In this document: piece after piece, positions 50,575 to 59,381 of the stretch
How positions within the stretch are numbered: the first letter of the stretch is position 1
How the letters are laid out: each line of letters starts with the position of its first letter
Source of the DNA: a virus
Lineage: Duplodnaviria; Heunggongvirae; Uroviricota; Caudoviricetes
DNA length: 64,000 nucleotides
IMG/VR virus record: IMGVR_UViG_3300047323_000678
Strand: one strand, 5' to 3'
Notes under the pieces: generated by a model
What the model saw: the letters and a program-made list of their open reading frames with translations, nothing else
Told to the model about the DNA's origin: nothing
Databases searched by the model: none
Program-made: the position numbers and the translations under genes

Positions 50575-50619
50575 ATGAAAAATATCTACTTTACCCTTCT
50601 ATATTGTTGTTGCTGCTGA
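50575..50619 (+). CDS. poly-cysteine leader peptide MKNIYFTLLYCCCC
   Basis: TGT TGT TGC TGC TGA; ATG ~3 nt from the predicted +1; directly upstream of cysS. Confidence 0.75.
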   Translation: MKNIYFTLLYCCCC

Positions 50620-50668
50620 TTTCTAATCAGTTGGCTTTGCTTTACTTAAATAAACAATATAAAAGAGG
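50594..50668 (+). promoter_or_regulatory. putative translational attenuator hairpin sequestering the cysS SD
   Basis: TATATTGTT(50600-08) pairs AACAATATA(50653-61), extendable CCCTT/AAGAGG; inner stem CTGATT/AATCAG (50616-30). Confidence 0.55.
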
Positions 50669-50674
50669 ACCACA

Positions 50675-52033
50675 ATGGATAACTCCAATTTCAAACCGTT
50701 TTTTCTAGATTCTTTATCATTAAAAAAATTAGCATTACCACTACCTACTAATCCTGATACTCCAATTAGCATTTACGCATGCGGAATTACTCCTTATTCT
50801 GATGCTCATATTGGACATGCTCGCTCATACATTATTTTCGATTTATTGGCCAATGTTTTTAAGCAAGCAGGCTATAAAGTAAATCTTGTTCGCAATATTA
50901 CTGATATTGATGACAAGATTATTAATGCTGCTGCTGCAAAACAAATCCCTTGGTATGAGCTATCAGATCAATATGCTGCGAAAACTCGTCAATTGATGTT
51001 GGAAAGTGGTCTAGAAGTTCCATCAGAGCCGAAAGCTAGTGAATATTTAGAAGATATATTTTCATTGATTCAAAAATTATTGGATAAAGGTCATGCTTAT
51101 ATTGCCAATAATGATGTTCTTTATAAAGTAGATACTTATAAAGGACCTCTTTTGATGAATCATAAGGAAGGCTCTTTGAAATCTGAGCAAGGTATTACAA
51201 GAACTGATGCCTCACATAAAATTGATAATCGAGATTTCGCCTTATGGAAATCTATGCCAATTGGTGAAGTAGGCTTTGATTCACCTTGGGGTTGGGGTCG
51301 TCCAGGTTGGCATATTGAATGCACAGCTATGATTGGTAATATTTTTGGTGGACATGTAGATATTCATGGAGGTGGTGTTGATTTAAAGTTTCCACATCAC
51401 CAAGCTGAAATCATGCAAAGTGAGCCAGTATGGGAAAAGCCTGTAGCAAAAATTTGGATGCATAATGGTTCCGTTTTATCCAACGGTGTCAAAATGTCCA
51501 AAAGCTTGAACAATTTCATTACTTGGCAAGATGCTTTAAATATGGCCGACCAAAAGCAAAGTGGCTTATCAGGAGATGTTCTGAAACTTGCTTTATTAGG
51601 TGTTCATTGGCAAAAACCGTTAGATTGGAAAGATTCATTGCTAGATAATGCAAGCGAACTTCTTACTTTAGTTTCTACTGGGTTAAATCAAAAAGTAGAA
51701 AAACAAGCTTTGCAATTAGCTAAAGATAAGTTATTAACCATGCTTTCTCAAAATTTAAATACTCCTCAGGTATTTAGTTTTATAAAAAGCAAAAAAAGTA
51801 GTACAGAATTTCCTGCTTTAGCACAAGCTTTTGTTGAAACATTTAGTTTGAAAGTGAATCAATCTTTGGTTAAAGAAGTTGAATTAGAGAGTTTATCTCC
51901 TGAAATTCTTAATTTGATTGAGCAGCGTAATGAAGCAAGGCTAAATCAGAATTGGGACTTGGCAGATAAGTTAAGAGTTCAGCTAAAAGATTTAGGCTAC
52001 ACTCAAAATGATAAATCAAAATTGAAACCTTAA
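50675..52033 (+). CDS. cysS: cysteinyl-tRNA synthetase
   Basis: YACGITPY...HIGH, DFALWK, GRPGWHIEC, HGGG.DL.FPHH, KMSKS, C-terminal anticodon-binding helices. Confidence 0.95.
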   Translation: MDNSNFKPFFLDSLSLKKLALPLPTNPDTPISIYACGITPYSDAHIGHARSYIIFDLLANVFKQAGYKVNLVRNITDIDDKIINAAAAKQIPWYELSDQYAAKTRQLMLESGLEVPSEPKASEYLEDIFSLIQKLLDKGHAYIANNDVLYKVDTYKGPLLMNHKEGSLKSEQGITRTDASHKIDNRDFALWKSMPIGEVGFDSPWGWGRPGWHIECTAMIGNIFGGHVDIHGGGVDLKFPHHQAEIMQSEPVWEKPVAKIWMHNGSVLSNGVKMSKSLNNFITWQDALNMADQKQSGLSGDVLKLALLGVHWQKPLDWKDSLLDNASELLTLVSTGLNQKVEKQALQLAKDKLLTMLSQNLNTPQVFSFIKSKKSSTEFPALAQAFVETFSLKVNQSLVKEVELESLSPEILNLIEQRNEARLNQNWDLADKLRVQLKDLGYTQNDKSKLKP

Positions 52034-52034
52034 T

Positions 52035-52062
52035 AAAAAAGGCTCCACCAGGAGCCTTTTTT
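52035..52062. terminator. terminator AAAAAAGGCTCC/GGAGCCTTTTT copy 1
   Basis: Hairpin. Confidence 0.85.
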
Positions 52063-52128
52063 ATATAAAGCACAATAATATTTTACTTATTTTTTTGAAA
52101 TTGTATAATAATTAAAAGAATATTTATT

Positions 52129-52914
52129 ATGCTAAAATTATTTAAAAAATTTTTAAAATTAGGAAATAGTTCATCTGAAATTAAAGATGAAAATATAAAT
52201 GCTATTAATTCATCTTGGCAATATAAAAAACTTAGTGAATTAAGTTTAAAAAATAATATTAAATCTATAAATGATTTTATATACTTTAAATTAAATAAAA
52301 GAGAAGATTTATTAAATGATTATATGGATCAATCAATTATTGATGGTGATTTAGTTTTATTTAAAGGAATTTTTTTAAATCGAAGAAAATTTAATATTGG
52401 AACTACTCTAAGTACTGATGATATGCTACATTATGCTAGAAAAGCATGTAAGCAAGATAAGGAAAATATATTTGAATATATTATAGAATTTTATCATTCA
52501 ACATATTCTGGGTGTTGTTCTTATGATTCTGATTTCCAAGTTAAAATATTAATAGATGATATTATAGATCTTAAAAAATTAAAATATTTTGAAATTTTAG
52601 AAAAATATGATTTAACAAATTTTAATACATATATTAGCTCAAGCATAGAGAGTTCAAATAAAATTGGAAGAATTGAACCTAGTGAAATAAATCGAATAGC
52701 ATTTTTAATGGAAGAATTCCCTAATAAGATAAATAAAGAAGATTTATTAAAAGAGGCGAATAGTTATAAAAACACTTCGCAAAAATTAATAGAATTAATT
52801 GAAAATTATTGGTTTTTTCAGAAAAAGCATGAGTCTAAAAAACTTTTTGAAGAATTAAATAATGAATTTGAAAAACCATTAAAAGAACCTAATAAAAAGC
52901 GGCAAAAACTTTAA
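52129..52914 (+). CDS. helical-repeat hypothetical protein, paralogue of 54144..55208
   Basis: MLKLFKKF..LGN; FEY.I..YHS.YS...SDF.V shared. Confidence 0.75.
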   Translation: MLKLFKKFLKLGNSSSEIKDENINAINSSWQYKKLSELSLKNNIKSINDFIYFKLNKREDLLNDYMDQSIIDGDLVLFKGIFLNRRKFNIGTTLSTDDMLHYARKACKQDKENIFEYIIEFYHSTYSGCCSYDSDFQVKILIDDIIDLKKLKYFEILEKYDLTNFNTYISSSIESSNKIGRIEPSEINRIAFLMEEFPNKINKEDLLKEANSYKNTSQKLIELIENYWFFQKKHESKKLFEELNNEFEKPLKEPNKKRQKL

Positions 52915-52915
52915 T

Positions 52916-52942
52916 AAAAAAGGCTCCTAATGGAGCCTTTTC
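52916..52942. terminator. terminator AAAAAAGGCTCC/GGAGCCTTTTT copy 2
   Basis: Same stem, different loop. Confidence 0.85.
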
Positions 52943-52959
52943 TTTATCATAATAATGAA

Positions 52960-53421
52960 TTAATTCTTAGTTCCCGTAGATCCAAATCCACCTGCACCAC
53001 GCTCAGTAGTAGGGAATTCTTCAACAATATTAAATTGAGCATGGACAATTGGAACAAAAATAACTTGTGCAATACGCTCAAATGGATCAATTTTAAATTC
53101 TTTTTCACTGCGATTCCAAGCACTAATTTTCCATTCACCTTGATAATCCGAATCAATTAGACCAGTTCCATTACCAAGAATAATGCCATTTTTATGACCC
53201 ATCCCAGAACGAGGAAGAATCATTGCTGCATAATTAGGATCTTTAATATAGATAGCAAGCCCAGTTGGAATCAAGATAACTTCATTAGGCTTAATAATAA
53301 TTGGTTCGTCAATTGCTGCACGAAGATCTAATCCAGCACTACCAGGAGTGCCATAAGAAGGCAGAGTTTGATTAGGAGTAGGATTGGATTTAATAATTTT
53401 AATATCAACATTAATTTGCAT
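52960..53421 (-). CDS. dut: trimeric dUTPase
   Basis: [33 protein letters not shown] (motifs I-V). Confidence 0.95.
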   Translation of the reverse strand: MQINVDIKIIKSNPTPNQTLPSYGTPGSAGLDLRAAIDEPIIIKPNEVILIPTGLAIYIKDPNYAAMILPRSGMGHKNGIILGNGTGLIDSDYQGEWKISAWNRSEKEFKIDPFERIAQVIFVPIVHAQFNIVEEFPTTERGAGGFGSTGTKN

Positions 53422-53563
53422 TGTTTTTCCTTTTAGAGCATTAAAACCATATTATAACATTTTAATGATATAGATGCTTAAATTTTTGAATTGTGTGTTT
53501 AAAAAAAGTAGATATTAATTATTGATTTAATATATAATAACCACAATTATAATGGGAGTTGAT

Positions 53564-53893
53564 ATGTCTGAATCATATGATGAACACAGAAAAAGAGATG
53601 AAGAAGCAATTAAATCATTTTTTATTTTTACTTATTTTTTTCCAAGCTTTAGATGGCTAATTCCTATTTTCATTTTACTTGCATTAGCTATTTGGGGCTT
53701 TAATATTCTAGGAGAATCTACTGTTCTAAACAGTAAAAAAATCTATTATAGCGGAGTAAATCCTTGGACTGGAAAAACAGAAGTTGTTAAAGGTTGTCGC
53801 CCAGAACACTTAACTAGAGATGGAAAATGTGATAATGCCATAACTTTGGATACAATTAAAAAATCTTTTCCATTTTTAGGTCCAGCTAAATAA
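53564..53893 (+). CDS. small membrane protein
   Basis: Hydrophobic FFIFTYFF...LALAIWGF; GGGAG SD before 53564. Confidence 0.7.
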   Translation: MSESYDEHRKRDEEAIKSFFIFTYFFPSFRWLIPIFILLALAIWGFNILGESTVLNSKKIYYSGVNPWTGKTEVVKGCRPEHLTRDGKCDNAITLDTIKKSFPFLGPAK

Positions 53894-53902
53894 GGAGTAC
53901 TT

Positions 53903-54133
53903 ATGCCAATTATTAAAAAAGATGAAGGTGGTTTATATGCTGTAGTAGGTGGTTGGATTGCAAGACCACTTAATGAAAAAGGTCAACAATTAACTAAATT
54001 CAAAGAGGGTGAAAAAGTAGAAGGTCGCCATTTTAGAGGTAGTCCTAAAGTTGGAATGGGGAAGCTTGAGGGAAGAAGAAACTATGAAGAGTATTGGAGA
54101 ACATCAACTTTATTGAAAAAATCTCATTCTTAA
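53903..54133 (+). CDS. hypothetical protein (76 aa)
   Basis: AAGGAG SD. Confidence 0.75.
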   Translation: MPIIKKDEGGLYAVVGGWIARPLNEKGQQLTKFKEGEKVEGRHFRGSPKVGMGKLEGRRNYEEYWRTSTLLKKSHS

Positions 54134-54143
54134 TGCTTTTTAA

Positions 54144-55208
54144 TTATACTTTTAATTTTTTAGGTTTAGATTGAGTAGTGGGTTGGGTTATATTTAACTC
54201 ACTATTTAATTCATTGTGCAGTTTTTTAGTATCACTATACTTTTCTAGCCACGGATACATTTCTCTGTCAATTTTATATTTAACAACATCTATATAAGCG
54301 CCATAATCTAAAAAACATTTAATTACATTTTCATTATATTGAACTTGAGCACAAATTGAAGCAATATGATGGATTTTTCCGCCATATTTAGTTTCAACAG
54401 GTGAAAAAGGCTCATGAGGACATCTATAAGAATCTTCCTTTAGTAAAGATTCAACCACATCAACTGATTTTGCTTGTCCAGCATATATCAACCCTTTTCC
54501 TTCTTCAGTATATATATCAGCCCCTCTTTTAATTAAAAATTGTATAACTTCTTTATTGGGCCAACGACCTTCACCACCATAACAAGCATATAAAAATAGA
54601 TTATCTTTATCTACTTTAGTTGGAAAATAATCTAAAATAGATGCAATTCTAATTAAATCTTCTTCATTTACCTTATTGATGTTAGAAATGGTACTTATAA
54701 TTTCTTTAATATAATCATTAAAGTTTGCTAAATTATATTTCTCTAAAATATGAAAATAATCCATTTTGCCTGTATCTATTACATTATTCATAAAGAACCG
54801 AACAGAGAAATCTGAGTTAAATAAAGCATTATGAGAATATTTAGAATGATATTGTTTAATAAAATATTCAAATACTTCTTTACTGTTATTATTCATAGCA
54901 GTTTCAGCATAAATTAATAAATGAGAACGAAAAGATGGGTCATGAATTAATCTATTTTCGTTAAAATTCTGATAAAGCAAATGCAATAAATTAAGATCAT
55001 TGTCACGAATAGCTTGTTCTAGATATGCTAATTTTGAAGTGGGATTACCATATAAATATAAATTATTTTCTAAAAAAGATTCAATAGTTTTATTTTTATT
55101 GGATAAACTCCACTTTTTAAGTTTTTTATATTCTTTAGATAAACTAATGGAGTTACTCTCATTAGCTAAATTTCCTAAATTAAAAAACTTTTTAAACAAC
55201 TTAATCAT
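54144..55208 (-). CDS. ankyrin-like protein, paralogue of 52129..52914
   Basis: LFLYAC...VIQFLIKRGADI; tail KKLKV. Confidence 0.75.
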   Translation of the reverse strand: MIKLFKKFFNLGNLANESNSISLSKEYKKLKKWSLSNKNKTIESFLENNLYLYGNPTSKLAYLEQAIRDNDLNLLHLLYQNFNENRLIHDPSFRSHLLIYAETAMNNNSKEVFEYFIKQYHSKYSHNALFNSDFSVRFFMNNVIDTGKMDYFHILEKYNLANFNDYIKEIISTISNINKVNEEDLIRIASILDYFPTKVDKDNLFLYACYGGEGRWPNKEVIQFLIKRGADIYTEEGKGLIYAGQAKSVDVVESLLKEDSYRCPHEPFSPVETKYGGKIHHIASICAQVQYNENVIKCFLDYGAYIDVVKYKIDREMYPWLEKYSDTKKLHNELNSELNITQPTTQSKPKKLKV

Positions 55209-55211
55209 TTC

Positions 55212-55907
55212 TTATTTTAATTTTGGTTTAGCATTATTATTTAAATCTAATTGAATTTCTTTTCTTATAGCTTCAACTTTGTATGAAGCATTCAATAAAT
55301 TATCACCATCCATTAAACCTTCTAAAGTAGCTTTCAAATCTTGAATATTAGTTTGAGACATAAACTCGGCAGTTAATAAAAGACCTGATACTCTAAGTGG
55401 TAATTCATTAACTGGTTTCATGTCTAATTTGGAATCAAGTTTTTCCATTAAATCAAAAATTGCATTATCTTGATCAATTAAATTGCCAAATTTTTTTCTT
55501 GGTTCTGTAGAGTTTTTATCTGCATATTCAACACCAGGAGTGACTTCAGGAATTTCAGTTATTTTTGTTAATTTAATAGTGAATTCTTCTTCTTTTAAGC
55601 CATCTTTTGTTCCTGCAAAGGTTTGAGAAATTTCAAACTCATCAATATTGGATTTATGGAGCTTAATAGCAAGCATGGTTAAAGCTTTGATAGAAGCTTC
55701 ACTAATGTCACCCATAGCCTCTAATTGGAAAGCAGCCATAGCTTTAACATATTGGGATTGTTTATCTACGGATAAATTTGCAAAATGACCATCTTTTTCT
55801 TCTTGTGTTAATGTTTTAAGAAAGTTGGTAAGTTGATTATTATCGCCTACATCTTTTGGTTCATTAAATTTAGAGATACTACCAATAAAATTTTTAATAG
55901 CTTTCAT
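55212..55907 (-). CDS. hypothetical protein (231 aa)
   Basis: AAAGGA SD; ends KPKLK. Confidence 0.75.
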   Translation of the reverse strand: MKAIKNFIGSISKFNEPKDVGDNNQLTNFLKTLTQEEKDGHFANLSVDKQSQYVKAMAAFQLEAMGDISEASIKALTMLAIKLHKSNIDEFEISQTFAGTKDGLKEEEFTIKLTKITEIPEVTPGVEYADKNSTEPRKKFGNLIDQDNAIFDLMEKLDSKLDMKPVNELPLRVSGLLLTAEFMSQTNIQDLKATLEGLMDGDNLLNASYKVEAIRKEIQLDLNNNAKPKLK

Positions 55908-56021
55908 GATTATCCTTTAGTTTATATATTTAATTATAGAATTTATATTTGCCAAGTAAAGGACTCTTTATTTCTTATTTTATTTTATTATAATGTTTAA
56001 TAACATAATCAAGGAATAAAA

Positions 56022-56786
56022 ATGGATAAAGAAATTAAAGACCCTCTTAAGGAAGCATTAAAGATTTTAGATAAAGGTATAGAGTTAGGATATTATTATA
56101 ACGAGATCTATCAAGATAAACCTAAAGATCCTTTTTTAAACTTAGCATTATCTGAATCAAACAGCCATAATACAAGCTATTTGAGGGAGAGATTCCAACG
56201 CTCAAATAGCAAACCTAATGAAAATGGGTTACATTTAGTAGAGTACACAAGTTCTATTGGAGATTCAATATATCCTGGAAAATATTTATATACTAATTAT
56301 GGAGTTTTACATAATTTTAATGGGCCAGCAGTAATTACCAATCAAGGAGCAGAAATATATTTTAAATATGGAGAAGTACATAGAGAAGATGGTCCAGCAG
56401 TAATTTTCAAATCTTTAGAAAAAGATTTCCAAGTTTATATTCACTATATTAATAATAAAAAGCATAAAGAAGATGGGCCAGCTAAAGAAGTTTGGAAAGA
56501 TGGAAAACTATATAAAAGTTCTTATTATGTAAATAATAAATTACATAGAACAGATGGTCCTGCAATTGAATGGTCTGATGGTCAATACATATATGCAATA
56601 GATGGAAAAAAACATAAAGAAGACGGTCCGGCCGTTCGTTTAAAAGATCCTAATAAAGAAGGAAAGTTTAAAGAAGAATATTGGATTAATGGTGAGCAAA
56701 TATCTTATTTAGCATTTAAAATTAAACAAATGCGAGATAAATTTAATTCATCAAATGAAGCCAAAAATACTAATCAATTGAAATAA
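56022..56786 (+). CDS. H-x-x-(D/N)GPA beta-hairpin repeat protein
   Basis: HNFNGPA, HREDGPA, HKEDGPA, HRTDGPA, HKEDGPA. Confidence 0.8.
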   Translation: MDKEIKDPLKEALKILDKGIELGYYYNEIYQDKPKDPFLNLALSESNSHNTSYLRERFQRSNSKPNENGLHLVEYTSSIGDSIYPGKYLYTNYGVLHNFNGPAVITNQGAEIYFKYGEVHREDGPAVIFKSLEKDFQVYIHYINNKKHKEDGPAKEVWKDGKLYKSSYYVNNKLHRTDGPAIEWSDGQYIYAIDGKKHKEDGPAVRLKDPNKEGKFKEEYWINGEQISYLAFKIKQMRDKFNSSNEAKNTNQLK

Positions 56787-56794
56787 GAGATAAT

Positions 56795-57688
56795 ATGAAA
56801 AAAATTAAACATGCTTATGAGATAGATGATGTAGAAGATTTAAAGTCTTATATAGGAACTGCCCAAAAGATAGATTATGTTGATTTAGTTGAAAGATCTA
56901 GACCAACAAATGGAGATTATTCTCGCACTTATAAAAGTAGACCAATGTTTGAATACTTACTAGAGAATATTCCTGATTTATGGATTAAAGTTAAAGATTG
57001 GAATGAAGAAGTCTACTTAGCACAAGTTGTAATAGGTGTAGTAAATCATTATGCAAGTGATGATTACTGGAACAAATTTGTTAAAAAATTAGGTGAACAT
57101 ATTAATTTATATAAACAAAATCAACATAAAGATATGTGGACAGATGCTATGTTGCACTGTAATCCTGCAATATTTCATAGTTTTACATTACATAATGAAA
57201 TCAAAAGAAGTATCGGAGAAAAAGAAATAAATGACATTTATTTAAACAATATAAATGAATTCCATATCCCATTTAGATATGAAGTAGATTCAGCTTTAAG
57301 AAATACCCCAAAAGATGATTTAATGAAAGTATTTAAAAGACATATTAATAATGAAAAGTTTTATGATGTTTTTTATATACTCTCAAAATCAGGACGAAAT
57401 GACATAACCAAAGAAGAAGTTTTAAATATTGAAATAAATGGGAGCCCTCTTGAAACTTACCTAAGAGATAAAAGAGAAGAATATACATTGGAAATAACTG
57501 GCTCACCCATTAAAAGAGGAAGTCATGAAGCAATTGATAAAATATTTTGCAAAAATTTAATGGACAAAAACCATTATTATAGATTGAATTATTTTCAGTT
57601 AGATAAAGTAATGAAGTCCTTACATATTCAAAATATGGAAGAATTGTTACCAGCAGAACCTAAAAAGAAAAAAGTGAAAATGAAATAA
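56795..57688 (+). CDS. hypothetical protein (297 aa)
   Basis: Ends PKKKKVKMK. Confidence 0.75.
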   Translation: MKKIKHAYEIDDVEDLKSYIGTAQKIDYVDLVERSRPTNGDYSRTYKSRPMFEYLLENIPDLWIKVKDWNEEVYLAQVVIGVVNHYASDDYWNKFVKKLGEHINLYKQNQHKDMWTDAMLHCNPAIFHSFTLHNEIKRSIGEKEINDIYLNNINEFHIPFRYEVDSALRNTPKDDLMKVFKRHINNEKFYDVFYILSKSGRNDITKEEVLNIEINGSPLETYLRDKREEYTLEITGSPIKRGSHEAIDKIFCKNLMDKNHYYRLNYFQLDKVMKSLHIQNMEELLPAEPKKKKVKMK

Positions 57689-57752
57689 ATCAAGTCACTA
57701 GTTGATTACTTAGATTATTTAACTATAATAATTAATAGTATAGGAGTATCAT

Positions 57753-58298
57753 ATGAGTAATCAGGCAACTGTTAATAATGAAAAATTTAAAATTATTAAT
57801 AGACTAATAAGTGAAAAATCATTTAATAAAGCTGAAGCTTTAGCCGAAGAATGGCGCAATAAGGAATTTAATAATTCAGAAGCTTGGAGAGCTTCATCAT
57901 TAGTTTATTTAGCTAAAAAAGAAATACCTGAAGCTTTAATGTGTGTTGACTTTGCGGAAAGATGTCGCTCAGCTTACGACCCTAATCCACAAATCTTAAA
58001 AGCTAAAATTTATATAGAAAATAAAGATTATAGTAGGGCAGATCAAATTTATGACAAAGTTCTAAAAGAGTTTAGTCAGCCTAGTTTCATAAATATATAT
58101 GCTTCTGTTTTAATACTAAAAGCAGATTTATCTAAACAAATAAATCCTGAATCAACAGATTTATATTTACAAAATATTAATTCATTTTTAAATACTAATC
58201 CCGTTATATTAAATTCCTATTATCAAAATAAATTAGCATCACTTCAACATGAAGCAAGTAATGATGCGCAGTTAAATTTTAAAAAAAATAAAATCTAA
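57753..58298 (+). CDS. TPR-like helical protein
   Basis: AEALAEEW...EAWRASSLVY...ILKAKIY...ADQIYDKVL; AGGAG SD. Confidence 0.6.
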   Translation: MSNQATVNNEKFKIINRLISEKSFNKAEALAEEWRNKEFNNSEAWRASSLVYLAKKEIPEALMCVDFAERCRSAYDPNPQILKAKIYIENKDYSRADQIYDKVLKEFSQPSFINIYASVLILKADLSKQINPESTDLYLQNINSFLNTNPVILNSYYQNKLASLQHEASNDAQLNFKKNKI

Positions 58299-58339
58299 AA
58301 ATTTATTCAAATTATGCTATAATATAAGTCATTTATATT

Positions 58340-58684
58340 ATGGAGAAGAGCATGATTTCAAATAAAGAACTAGAGTCAATTATCCACACTCCCATAGTTT
58401 ATAATTTTGGTGGCATGATGGGTTTAATTGAACAAAAATTCGATCAAATCCAGAAAAACGAAGAAACCAAAATTGAAATTCCTGATTCAAAATACTTTAA
58501 TTTTTGGCATTTTAGTCTAGATTATGTCATTGGGCATGAAATTGACAATGGTTGCATTTGTCATGTTAATTGGGCGGATATTGTAAAAAATAATAAGAAA
58601 AAAGACCAATGGGTACAAGATATTTGCCAAATTGGTTTTGACTTATTTGGCTCTAAAAACTATGAAGTTTATATTGGTTGGTAA
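58340..58684 (+). CDS. hypothetical protein (114 aa)
   Basis: ORF. Confidence 0.65.
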   Translation: MEKSMISNKELESIIHTPIVYNFGGMMGLIEQKFDQIQKNEETKIEIPDSKYFNFWHFSLDYVIGHEIDNGCICHVNWADIVKNNKKKDQWVQDICQIGFDLFGSKNYEVYIGW

Positions 58685-58716
58685 TTAATCTATAAATTAA
58701 TTTAAGGAACCATATT

Positions 58717-59379
58717 ATGTTAAGTAAAGAAAATAAAGAAGGGATTCAAGCCTATCTAGAAGGTAAATCTCTTCAGGATGCTCCTTATGATGTTTTTTTA
58801 GGCGGATCTCATAATAGATACTCTCGTTGGCAAACAGGCTTTTTCGATGCAGAAGCAGTAATTAACGACCATTTTGACTTCGATGAAGAAGTTAAAGAAT
58901 ATATTGAAACTCTAAATATCAAATTTGATATTACTAAACTTAAAAGGACGGAAAAATTGTCAAATCTAAAAATAGCATTACTAATTATTAAAAATACTTC
59001 ACAAAAAGATTATCAAGAGTTTTATGATATGGTGAAAAATAAGTATCTTGATGAATCTGTAGATTTATCAGCATATTCTATTGAAGAATTGATTAAAGAA
59101 CTAGATCAATTACAGATTACACTTGAAATTAAACAAGTAGTAGGTATTTCGGTTTCTCATCAAGGATCTGAAATGCAACTATTCCCGCATGCAGAATATG
59201 GTTGGGATGGCGGTTCACCAATTATGACAGAAGAATTTAATTTAAAAACATTAGACACTAATGATTTTGGTGGTGGGCCGACAGCTAGTATTATCACATT
59301 AAAAAACCCTAATTACCCTGGTTTTGCACTTCACTATGGCCCAGAAGAGTATTTGGGTGAAATCCATATTTTCATGTAA
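58717..59379 (+). CDS. hypothetical protein (220 aa)
   Basis: AAGGA SD. Confidence 0.7.
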   Translation: MLSKENKEGIQAYLEGKSLQDAPYDVFLGGSHNRYSRWQTGFFDAEAVINDHFDFDEEVKEYIETLNIKFDITKLKRTEKLSNLKIALLIIKNTSQKDYQEFYDMVKNKYLDESVDLSAYSIEELIKELDQLQITLEIKQVVGISVSHQGSEMQLFPHAEYGWDGGSPIMTEEFNLKTLDTNDFGGGPTASIITLKNPNYPGFALHYGPEEYLGEIHIFM

Positions 59380-59381
59380 TT

